In this document: positions 39,393 to 57,219 of the stretch, piece after piece | How the letters are laid out: every line of letters starts with the position of its first letter | Position numbering within the stretch: position 1 is the stretch's first letter | Source: Macrostomum lignano | Lineage: Eukaryota | DNA: 64,000 nucleotides | Assembly: GCA_002269645.1 (NCBI GenBank) | Contig: NIVC01003171.1 | Span: forward strand, 1-64,000 | Direction: 5' to 3' | The notes under the pieces: generated by a model | Database searches by the model: none | Seen by the model: the letters and a program-made list of their open reading frames with translations, nothing else | Told to the model about the DNA's origin: nothing | Program-made: the position numbers and the translations under genes

Positions 39393-40577
39393 GGTATTGT
39401 GTGATTGACTCGCCTCGTTGTGCGCACCTCCCCATGCTCTAAACTATAAAAATAGCAGATTGAAAAATAAAAACTTTTTTTACCTCTCTTTTGCATTGCC
39501 ATTTTGCGAGACACTAAAAATCATTAATAAACGCCAGTCGCACAAAATTAGGTCCAAATGGGCTGTAAAAAGCTATGCAAAAGGTAATACCAGTATATAA
39601 TACAGCTTTTATAAGGTTTGGCCATAGAATAATGCTTTTAAACGAGCCTCGTACTTTTTTACACCATATTACTGTAGAGTTTACAGTCGTGAGTGATTAA
39701 CTAGGGCTGTGACTGTAAGGTATTGCCATAGAGCCTTTTCCATAATGACAATTGGCAGCAAGTACGATATTATAATAGGTAGTTGACCCTGCAACTCACT
39801 CAGGTTACTCGCCACTGTATGTAATTGTCACTGCAGTCAGCTATCGTGGAACCGAAGGAGACCAGCAAACGAAGGGCATCAGTCAATTTCATCAGTAGCG
39901 CTAGTTACGCCCGTGAATCTAATATCATCGTCAATCGATAGTCGTAACCCGATGTGGCATCGGGGACGTGTTAAAGCAGACATAATATGCATTTTAGCGT
40001 GAGCTATTAAGTTGTGTACAAGAACGAGAAACAGATACTAGGAAACCTTTGGAGGCTGACTGACACTCACGACGAAAGAGGCATGATTTTATGCGATATG
40101 CAGACCTGGAAATGCACACGAGTACATACGCATGTACATTCTCTCTAACGCTTTTGGATCTTACTCGCACTTGCTTCAGCGCATCCTGCTTTCATGTTTG
40201 TTACCTGCGAACAAAGTTAAACCACAGTTAATGTGTTCATGCCCATTGCACATCCCACAGAGCTCATCCTGTCTCACCTATTCGCAAGTAATAAAACTCA
40301 ATTAAGACAACGGAAATTTTCGACATTGAAGGTTAAAACTTTGCTCATCTAAACGGCATAAAGCGTAAGTATATTTTAAAGACGCATGCAAGTACAAGTT
40401 GGACTCTGCAAGCTGATTAGGCGATACAGTTACAAAAAGTGAGGCGAATACCAATTCCAGCTTCTCCAGGTTCCACGTGACCGGCCGGGAGCTGAAATGT
40501 ATTTTTAATATATCTGATTCAGTACGAAGGCTGCTTCGAAAGTACTGCAACGGGAATTTCTAGACTAAAGGGTAAAA

Positions 40578-41369
40578 AATCAGAGAGGGCAAGTTAGTCG
40601 TCACTTGGGGTTGCCATAGCGACGGGTAAACGATAAACATCATTTGCGCATAAAGTCAGCATTCTATAGTAAAGTAATTCTCATTAGACTCACCTCAGCA
40701 CCAATGCCAATTTGCTCACACCAGACCGAGCTCAGAGCAGTTCTTCCTGAAAAAATAATTTGCTTCAATCAGCTCCAACAGCACAAGAGAGACAAATGCA
40801 CACAATGAGATGAAGCTCTAATCAGAGAGGGCAAGTTAATCGTCATCTGGGTGTTGCCATAGCGACGGGTAAACGATAGACATCATGGATAATGGATAAA
40901 ATCGAGCAGCTGAGCTCGCACTGGGACTCACAGAAAAATCCGTGGGTTATGAGCGACCACCTCTGCCCACGGCTGGCTCTGAAAGGGTGAATGGGAAGCA
41001 GATAATCAAGAATACAGTTTTGTACATCACACAGCGTTTCACTTTTGATTTTTTAGCAAGAAATCAGAGAGGGCAAGTTAGTCGTCACTTGGGGTTGCCA
41101 TAGCGACGGGTAAACGATAGACATCATTGATAGTGGATAAAATCGAGCAGCTGAGCTCGCACTGGGACTCACAGACAAATCCGTGGGTTATGAGCGACCG
41201 CCTCTGCCCACGGCTGGCTCTGAAAGGGTGAATGGGAAGCAGATAATCAAGAATACAGTTTTGTACATCACACAGCATTTCACTTTTGATTTTTTAGCAA
41301 GAAATCAGAGAGGGCAAGTTAATCGTCATCTGGGGTTGCCATAGCGACGGGTAAACGATAGGCATCATT
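40578..41369 (-). ncRNA. C/D-box snoRNA copies 1-4 (40578-40644, 40820-40886, 41062-41128, 41303-41369)
   Basis: Minus strand reads ATGATG(T/C)..GTGACGA/ATGACGA..ACTTGCCCTCT-CTGATT: box C, C'-like, guide, box D and terminal AAT/ATT pairing. The guide is complementary to 18S GGAGGGCAAGU. Confidence 0.85.
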
Positions 41370-41536
41370 GTCAGGTCGTCGCACAGAACGCAAAGCTCAA
41401 ACATACCTGCAAGAGTTTCGGTGCGGAAATGCGGGCTGTGGCAGTCCTGAAGGTGGCGATTCTGAACACCTGCGAGCACAGCCAACTGGGGCTGAAATCA
41501 CCGGTAAGTGGGTTTAATCATGTCCAGTCACGGTCT

Positions 41537-41855
41537 TGGATCCCTGCATTCCTAAACCTTGCATCCCTGCATTCCTTAACCTTGCATCCCTGCATTCCTT
41601 AACCTTGCATCCCTGCATTCCTTAACCTTGGATCCCTGCATTCCTAAACCTTGCATCCCTGCATTCCTTAACCTTGCATCCCTGCATTCCTTAACCTTGG
41701 ATCCCTGCATTCCCGACCTTGGATCCCTGCATTCCCGACCTTGGATCCCTGCATTCTTTAACTTTGCATCCCTGCATTCCCGACCTCGGGTCCCTGCATT
41801 CCCGACCTTGGACTCCCTGGATTCCTTAACCTTGGATCCCTGCATTCCCGACCTT
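41537..41855. repeat. 22-23-bp minisatellite (TTGCATCCCTGCATTCCTTAACC)n
   Basis: Directly visible. Confidence 0.93.
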
Positions 41856-41930
41856 TAATATCTGAATTACCGACCCTAATTTTCGGGCTAAATAATAAGT
41901 GATAATAGACACTAGAAATTCATCGCTCTA

Positions 41931-43246
41931 CGAGGGGTGATCAAAAAGTTCCGCAACCTTTTGTTATAGCTTTTAGTTATAGAATCGGAAAAAGCCAAAA
42001 ACTTACACATGCGGCTATATCTGTTGCTATATTTATATGCATTTTTGGCTTTCAAATGTGCTCCAGTCAAATTTCACAGCCATATATTTCCCATGTGTTT
42101 TCATTAGCTGATGGAACCATCAAAATCAAAAGACAATGTTCGCTTCTATATCTTTATGTGCATGCAACTTGGTTGCAGTGACTGAGATTCATACCGATCC
42201 GGTGAATGTTTTAGCTGACTCTGCTCCATCATTTGACACGGTTGCCCGCTGGCTGCGCCATTTCTTGGAAGGCTGGGACAGCTTCAACTATGAACCGAGG
42301 TCTGGCCGACCCCGGACATCCGTGACCGAAGATGTCGTGGCCCATGCCGATGCAATAATTCGTGAGGATTGGAGCATTACGCTAAGATTCCTTGCCTATG
42401 AGCTTGGTGTCAGCTATGGAAGTGCTCATAACATCATGCATGAGCAACTGCGCCGCACAAAGACCTGCGCTCGGTGGGTACCCCATCTTCTCACTCCGGA
42501 GCAGCAAGCAGAGAGGGTGCGCATCTGTCTCTTGTGGGTGCAAATGTTTGAGCCCCACGGCCCACGACGACTGTCGGATGTCATCACAGGAGACAAATGT
42601 TGGATCTCCTTCTTTCACCATGAAGGATAAGCAGTCCAACATGGTCTGGCTGGCAGATGAGCCCGAGGCCCAAGGTGCTGAAGACCGGATTCCGCAGTTG
42701 GAAGCGGATATTCACCATTTTTTCAACTCTCAGGGTGTTGTATCGGTAAACATCCTTCCAGCGGGTGCCACAGTGACTGCCAGGTACTACACAGACACCG
42801 TTCTGCCAGGCGTACTGCAGGAGCGGCAGGAATGTGCGCGAACCAGGCATGGACCTCGACTCCTGCTGCACCATGACAATGCGGCACCGCACAGAGCGGC
42901 CTCAACCATGGCGTACCTGGAGCAGCAGGGGGTCCGGCTGCTGCCCCATCCACCCTACTCTCCAGACCTAGCATCATGCGACTTTTGGCTGTTCCCGAGG
43001 ATCGAATTCGTCATTTCTGGGAGGCCGTTTTCACGCATACAAGACCTTGCCCAAGCGGTACATTCAGCTCTACAGGGTATACCAACTTCGGAGTACCATG
43101 ACTGCTTTCAGACACAGTGCATACGCATTGCGATGGTGCATAGATAGTGGTGGAAAGTACTTTGAGGGAATGACACTGATTAGACGCCGTGGTTGCTGTA
43201 ACACTGAGTTGTGAGGTCACTTGCAAAACTTTTTGACCACCCCTCG
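41931..43246 (+). mobile_element. Mariner (DD34D-type) transposon with frameshifted transposase (~42136-43147)
   Basis: TIRs CGAGGGGTGATCAAAAAGTT / AACTTTTTGACCACCCCTCG, flanked by TA. Motifs WVPHLLT, VITGD, LLHHDNAAPH, HPPYSPDLASCDFWLF. Confidence 0.95.
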
Positions 43247-43306
43247 TAAATGTACAATTTAATGGGAAACGAAAAAACTGCTAAACAATTTTATTGAAAA
43301 TGATTG

Positions 43307-44625
43307 AATCAGAGAGGGCAAGTTAGTCGTCACTTGGGGTTGCCATAGCGACGGGTAAACGATAAACATCATTTGCGCATAAAAGTCAGCATTCTATAGT
43401 AAAGTAATTCTGATTAGACTCACCTGAGCAGCAATGCCAATTTGCTCACACCAGACCAAGCTCAGAGCAGACTTTCTTCCTGAAATAAAAGAATTTGCTT
43501 CAATCAGCTCCAACAGCACAAGAGAGACAAATGCACACAATGAGATGAAGCTCTAATCAGAGAGGGCAAGTTAGTCGTCATCTGGGGTTGCCATAGCGAC
43601 GGGTAAACGATAGACATCATTGATAGTGGATAAAATCGAGCAGCTGAGCTCGCACTGGGACTCACAGACAAATCCGTGGGTTATGAGCGACCACCTCTGC
43701 CCTCGGCTGGCTCTGAAAGGGTGAATGGGAAGCAGATAATCAATAATACAGTTTTGTACATCACACAGCGTTTCACTTTTGATTTTTTAGCAAGAAATCA
43801 GAGAGGGCAAGTTAGTCGTCACTTGGGGTTGCCATAGCGACGGGTAAACGATAGGCATCATGGATAGTGGATAAAATCGAGCAGCTGAGCTCGCACTGGG
43901 ACTCACAGAAAAATCCATGGATTATTAGAGACCACCTCTGCCCTCGGTTGGCTGAAAGAATGCATTGGAAGCTGAAATCTAATTACAGATGCACTTTAAA
44001 CAAACGTCTAATGAAGACTTGACCAGTTATTAACAGACAACAAAATCAGAGAGGGCAAGTTGGTCGTCACTTGGGGTTGCCATAGCGACGGGTAAACGGT
44101 AGGCATCATAAAAATAGCAGAGTTCAGGAAAATGTGTCATAAAAGGCATCGCTGAAAATTACAGCTATAAAGTGTTCAACTCCTGCGGCACTGCTACAGA
44201 TCTACAAGACCGAGCCTGGAAGGTTAATTTAAGCGGACAGACTAATAAGACAAGTAGTATATAAGAGTATTTTATTTGTATTTTAATAAAATATATTGAG
44301 TCAGAGAGGGCAAGTTGGTCGTCACTTGGGGTTGCCATAGCGACGGGTAAACGATAGGCATCATGTTCTTTAAATGCACAAAAACACTCGCAGGTGCAAC
44401 ATAGCAATCGAACTTGACTCACCGATATTCGCTATCCGTATGAGCAGGCAAGCTGCGAACTCCATGGGTGGCCCTGTCAATGCAATCAGTTCGATACGTC
44501 AGTAATGAATCAAATTCCAGGTCTTTGTGCCACTAGTTCTGCACTTTTGACAGACAGAATCAGAGAGGGCAAGTAAGTCGTCACACGGGTAACCATAGCG
44601 AATAGTAAAAACAATAAACATCATT
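43307..44625 (-). ncRNA. C/D-box snoRNA copies 5-10 (43307-43373, 43555-43621, 43796-43861, 44044-44109, 44299-44364, 44558-44625)
   Basis: Same C/D architecture and D-adjacent guide as copies 1-4. Copy 10 is diverged in its 5' half but keeps the D guide. Confidence 0.85.
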
Positions 44626-44804
44626 TATTTATAGACTAAACACCAAATAGAAATGAAAACTTATACATGCACACCAACTCACCCACACAGATCCGCAGTT
44701 TGAGAGTCAGAGAGCGAGAGATGGCGACTGGCATTTTACTCGGCTGTCAGCTGAAACACGCATTTTGAGTCAGCTGATGGTGAATCGGAGATCTCGTTTA
44801 GTCA

Positions 44805-45420
44805 TTTAACACTGGAGATGGGATCTCACTTCATTAGTTAACACTGGAGATGGGATCTCACTTCATTAGTTAACACTGGGGACGGGATCTCACTTCATTA
44901 GTTAACGCTGGGGATGGGATCTCATTTCATTAGTTAATACTGGGAATGGGATCTCACTTCATTAGTTAACACTGGGGATGGGATCTCACTTCATTAGTTA
45001 ATACTGGGGAGGGGATGGGATCTCACTTCATTAGTTAACACTGGGGATGGGATCTCAGTTCATTAGTTAACACTGGGAATGGGATCTCACTTCATTAGTT
45101 AATACTGGGGAGGGGATGGGATCTCAGTTCATTAGTTAACACTGGGGATGGGATCTCACTTCATTAGTTAACACTGGGGATGGGATCTCACTTCATTAGT
45201 TAACACTGGGGATGGGATCTCAGTTCATTAGTTAACACTGGGGATGGGATCTCACTTCATTAGTTAACACTGGAGATGGGATCTCACTTCATTAGTTAAC
45301 ACTGGGGATGGGATCTCACTTCATTAGTTAACACTGGAGATGGGATCTCACTTCATTAGTTAACACTGGGGATGGGATCTCAGTTCATTAGTTAACACTG
45401 GGGATGGGATCTCAGTTCAG
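44805..45420. repeat. 32-bp minisatellite (TTCATTAGTTAACACTGGGGATGGGATCTCAC)n
   Basis: Directly visible. Confidence 0.95.
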
Positions 45421-45890
45421 CACCCGACCCTGGGATGGGAATGGCACTTCAGCAGAATTATGATAAATGAGATATTAAAGTCAACAAAACAACAGGTGAA
45501 ATCAGCAAAATAATACTTGTATTTACTTGTGGCGGCATATTGGTGCGACTTGATGCACAATATTCATGCATCACCGATGCCTTTATTGTGTCTCAAAAAC
45601 AAGATAAGTGACTTGTTGAGACAAGTAGCAAAATTTTGAACTCAATCATATAATTAGGAGACAAGCCGGAGCTAGGCTATTTATGCAGCACATAGCAAGT
45701 ACTGCAGATCTGTACACGGATGTGCAGGCAGCCGAGCGGACCGAAGGCTCTGCCACCCGGAAAGCAAAACGTACAAATACAAAACATATCGTGCAAAGTA
45801 CGAGTATATTTTAAATCGAGCAGAAAGTTTGGCAAAATAGCAAATGAACAAATTGCCTTGAGGACTGGGAGGCAGACAGACAGGCAGGCG

Positions 45891-52205
<6,315 letters not shown>

Positions 52206-54283
52206 GGCAGCCTGGGTAGGCACACTGTTTATTTAAATGGACAATATATGGCTTGTTAGTATTAGTAGGATACAAAAAACGAACAATATAACGCATAAAT
52301 GCATATCAACTCTGAAGTGCATCATTTCTTATTTTGATCACAGATATACTGATAAAACCATATTGAGCCCAATAAAAGACTGTCTAGGCGTCTGCACCAT
52401 GTTTTAATTGCAATTAAAAACTATTTGAAACTCATACTTGTAGACCAGCTGCAGATTTTGCTACTTTTTATTCAAGTTGTGATTGTCAAGAAACTGGAAT
52501 TTATAAAGTGAATTGCACTTGTACTTTTCACTTCAAGCTTGCAGCTAGTTATAGCTTGCAATTATATTTTATTTGAAAATTTATATTAAATGAGTCTCAA
52601 TCTATTTTATTATTCATATAGATATAATGGGTCTTTAGCCCTAATAAAGGCAATGGATATTTTGAAGATAAACATAAATTTATGGCTTGTTATAGTTTGA
52701 TATTAACTAAGGCTTTGGCTTAGTCAGACTTTACTTTGAAACATTGTGCAAAGCTTATAAGATAACAGTGCCTTGCAATACAAACATTCAGCCTTGCTTA
52801 AATTGGCTATTAACTTGTGGTTAATAAAGAGTCAATAAATTAATTTGAAGCCACTAAAGTTTGGTGGTAAAAGATATAAGACCATAGAACAATGTTTACA
52901 ACTGATATTATTTTCAATTTATAGTAATAGTTGAAAAATATAAAAAATTACTATTCTAATCTAATTATCAAACAAATTGAAAAGTTTAATTCATAATCAT
53001 TAATAAAAAATTATTTATCATGCCCTATCTTATATTGAAGTGTCTGAAGTGTTTGAAGTCTAAAGTATCTTAAGTATCTGAAGTATTATATATTTTAGTA
53101 GGTTTTGTATGCAAATTTTCTTTTTAAATTAAAAATTGATCATTACTACTAGTACTATTATTGCCTTAACCTTGAATTCAAAAATTAAAGCAAGCAAAGA
53201 AGGCATTTTAGTTTTTGTATTAATTTAATCTCATAGTTTGGATCATGACAAGCATATACCAAAATGAAAATTCTTCAATTTTATGCCAACATAATTTTTT
53301 TATACTAAGCATAAAATTATTTATACTTTTTAAATATTTTTTTTAAATATGATTTATTAAACTTTAAAATGTCTGTTTTTTCTAAAAACTATTATTCTTT
53401 GTTCTATTTTTTCCTTATAAATTGCATTGTTGTTATCTATTTTTGTTTTTGATTATTATTAAAGGAATTTTCTTTTGATAATATTAAACTACACCATATA
53501 CACTAAACCTAAACTAGGCTATTTTTATATATCAACTGTGTACACTATGTTGAACCTAAAAATTCTATGTACCATTACCGAGTATACACCAAGTTGGTCA
53601 ACAAGGGCAAAATATACCTAAATTTTCTAATATAAAGGCTATTTTCTAGACTAAAAAATTAATAAAAAATACTTTTTTAAACTGAATAACTTTTAATAAT
53701 AATTAATACCTAATATAGTTTCTGCTTATTTTTATTTTTATCAAGAGATATTGCTTTTTGAACTTGCTTAGCCTTAGGACTTGGTTTCTTTATATATTAT
53801 CTATATTGCAAAAGGTTTTCTGTGTATGCCGGACACATTTTTATTGAATTTTCAATTGTACACCAACAGATTTTAAATGTATGCCAACTTAAAAATGGTT
53901 TAAAAAATCAATGAATATTTAAATTTAAATTTAAACTACAAAAAATTGATAATGACATGACGATTATCGTGACAATTCCGGAAATTAAAATGATTGGTAA
54001 ATGAGAAAATAGTAGTAGAAAAAATGGCTTTTGAAATAACTTAATATAGAAAAAGCAGGAAAAATTCTTTATATTAATTTCTACACTAGTTGCTATACAC
54101 CACACTGTATGCCACACTATACACAGCCAAGAAATGTACGCTGGTGTACACCATGGAAATCAAGTGTATGCCGGAATTCTTTGGTGTACACCCTACCATC
54201 CGCAAAATGGTATATTATTTTTGGTCAAAAAGTAAGTTGCATTAGGCCTACTACTGCTAATATAAATCAGAGGGAGGCTAGGT

Positions 54284-55554
54284 GGTAATCTTTCCTTACC
54301 CAACCGTAAATTATTTTCGGCTTCCTGTTTCAGTTTCTTTTAATTTTTTTGGCTGAAGTTGTGTATATATGTGGGGCGCACATTTTAAGAAAAGAAAAAA
54401 ATGTTTTTAATTTTAGATTTTTTAATTTTTTAATAATTTTTTCTCAAAAATTATTTCTCATGTCTTTAATGTGTTTTCTGCATCCTTTCAGCAATGGCTG
54501 GTCGACCTCAAGCCCCAACAACCATTGTACCCCAGAATTCGGTCATTCCGGCTGACCAGCTGCTGCAGGCCCTGGCCCTGAAGCTGCAAGATGTCCACAG
54601 GAGGACGGACACAATGGACGATACAATAAACTGGCTGGCAACCCTTGGCCTGCTCCATAACACCATGCAGTGCTGCCACACGCCTATGGGCTTTGTCAAT
54701 CGCGCACGCAATACAATGGATGGCCATGCTTGGTACTGCAAAGAGTGCAAGGGGTACAAGTCATTGCAACAAGACTCATTCTTCTATAATAGTCACCTGC
54801 CACTGGACAAGATCATCCAGCTAATGTACTGGTGGACACTTGATGTCAAGTACGACGTTGTCATGCGAGAGGTTGGCATAGGTTCAACTGAGACAATAGT
54901 TGACTGGTTCAACTATTTCCGCGATGTCTGTTGCCAGTGGGCAATCGACCATCCCCAGCAGCTGGGTGGTCCCGGACATACTGTGGAAATTGATGAGTTG
55001 AAATTCATGCACCGCAAGTACCATGTTGGCCAGTACCGAAAGCCGGCGAGAGGGTCACTGGGTACTCAGCATGATTGAGCGTGACTCAAGAAACTTTGTC
55101 ATGACGACAGTCGAGTCCCGGTCAGCTGCCGTTCTACTGCCTCTAATTTAACAGCACGTGCTACCCGGCACACGCATCCTAACTGACCAGTGGGCTGCGT
55201 ACAACCAGCTGCCGAACCCTGCCACTGTCAACCACTCCCTCAACTTCATCAACCCTGCGGACCCAACTGTGCACACCCAGAACATCGAGGGAATGTGGGG
55301 TCATGTCAAGGCCAAGCTAAGACAGATGCGTGGCACGTCAGGCGCACTCTTTGACACATACCTCCAGGAATTTATCTGGAGGCGCCATTGGGGAGGAGAG
55401 CATCATTTTGAAAATTTCATTTACTGGGTCCGGCACTACTACCCATGCTGACTTTTAGCTTTTATCGTAAGCCTGTAAAAATATTTACATTTTAAATATA
55501 AAAAATTCGAAAAAACTTAGAAAATAATTTACAGTTGGGTAAGGAAAGATTACT
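54284..55554 (+). mobile_element. Merlin-superfamily DNA transposon (ISXO2/IS1595-like transposase, disrupted, ~54494-55451)
   Basis: ~35-bp TIRs GGTAATCTTTCCTTACCCAAC.GTAAATTATTTTC. 8-bp imperfect TSD GGCTAGGT/AGCTAGGC. Motifs WYCKEC, DSFF, TIVDWFNYFRDVC, GGPGHTVEIDE, ILTDQWAAYN, VNHS.NF, HTQNIEGMW, YLQEFIWR. Confidence 0.92.
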
Positions 55555-57219
55555 AGCTAGGCTGGGAGGAGATGCCAATTTCACATATATAAGATTAGCT
55601 ATTTAAGCTAGAAACTTACCTAAATCCAGTTGCAGCAGTTGGATATCCAAAATAGCCACTCATGTTACAATATAACTCTTATATGACTTATTAAATTTTA
55701 AGGCAGATTAATAATTTGATTTTGACTAGGCCTATCTACCTATCAAGCTAAAACTAATAAAAGTTAGAATTTCTTATTTGCTTTTGTATAGGCCTATTAT
55801 TACTTTAAACCTTAGTCCAATTCCAAGCTCAATTTTTTGACTAGGTCAAAAAATACAAAATATAGGCCTATTGCCAAAGTTAGGCCCAAGATTAATTAAG
55901 TTGGTATTTTGTGTCTTTGCATTTGAAAAGTAGGCCCTTGTCTAGGCTAGGCCTATTATCAACACTATTATTTATTAGGCCTAATTGTTTTAGGCCCTAA
56001 TTAAAATTTTATATTAATATCCAGTTATTATTGAATATCAAATATTTAGTAGGCCTATATTAATATCTATAGCTGCCAGTATAAGGCTCAGTTGATTATA
56101 CTCTATAGGCCTAAATATTTTATCTATAGTATATGTATTTTTCAATAGACTCGTGCAAAACTAGAGTAGGGTAGGGGTCTACAGCACAGCAAGCCAAGGC
56201 ATAGCGCCAAGGCTAGGGCCTAGTCTATTGGTTGGAAGAAAGCCTTACTCCTAATGTAGGACTAACACTGGAATAAAATGCGATTTTCCAACTATTATGG
56301 CTTAAATTGCACCGGATTTACTTTTGTATGCGATTTACGAAAAGGCTACGGCCTAGTCGGTCGGATAGTCTGGTCTGCGCTAAATTAAGCACCACTCAGA
56401 CTGCTCATTGACTTAACCTTAAGCTAGATTAGGCTTATTGGGTATTGCCTTGAATTGTCAAGTAATTTTTGTGTCCTTTCAACTAGTCATTAACATAGGT
56501 TTTAAGATTTAACCTGGATTAACTAAATTTATAAACACTGAAAAACCAGCTCCAGTTCCGTGCCGGGCGAATGCTGGCCAGTTTTAGCATGCGACGAGCG
56601 CGAGTGTGATTTAAGTGAGAATTAATCAAGACAATTTAAACTGTTTTTAACTGTCATGTTAAACAAAGTTGTTCTTGTTTGTTTTTTTTCTGCTAAAAAA
56701 CATAAAATAAATTCTTGAAATTCAAGATTTTTACTCTTAATTGTTGATAAGCAGATAAAATAATGCTCACACCGGTGCTGCTCACACCGACGAGACGGCC
56801 GGGCCGTCTCAGCCTTTGAGTGAGATGCAAACTGACATCTTCGGGGAGCTGACGGTTCCGGCACCACAGAGACCTGTCGGTTGCTTTGGCAGTTAACGAT
56901 TCGCACTTCAAGTGGCCACCCTAGAAGACATTGACTTGTTGATTCTTAGATCTTATCTATCTTCTTGGGTTGCTGCGCAAGTACTTGCAAGAACGTGCAA
57001 GATCTTTGCAATGATATAACTTTGCTATTGCTCAGTTGCCGCGTCTGGACCAATTAGATAGGCACTGAATGCGCATTGGCTCTGAAATCCACCTCACCGC
57101 CAAAATCAACGAATTCTGCGCGTTAAGTTGTCGCACTGCAGCTTGCGACACAGGCAGGAAGGACAGAGACAGACAACTGAGACAGACAACAATAACTCCA
57201 CTCCAGGACAGTCAATGCA

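Larger units (their letters stand above)
40300..44720 (-). ncRNA. Non-coding snoRNA host gene (UHG/GAS5-like) with ~45-56-nt exons and one snoRNA per intron
   Basis: Each spacer between repeats holds a (Y)nAG..exon..GTGAG/GTAAT/GTATG unit on the minus strand (e.g. 44473-44423, 44215-44163, 43951-43907, 43712-43666, 43479-43424). Putative first exon starts in a pyrimidine tract at ~44720 with a donor at 44682. The 3' end is approximate. Confidence 0.75.

Noticed and set aside
40585-40596. rRNA gene fragments (GAGGGCAAGT, CGGGTAAACG match 18S/28S)
   Set aside because: Matches are only 10-11 nt inside snoRNA boxes; they are antisense guide elements, not rDNA.
40578-44625. CRISPR array (conserved repeat plus variable spacers)
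   Set aside because: The context is eukaryotic with no cas genes. Repeats (67 bp) and spacers (~180 bp) are too long, spacers recur and contain splice signals, and C/D boxes with an rRNA guide explain the repeat.
56760-56900. Possible upstream first exon of ZFR (two GTGAG donors on the minus strand)
   Set aside because: It has no usable in-frame ATG and is 4.5 kb away across transposon DNA; it cannot be linked without transcripts.
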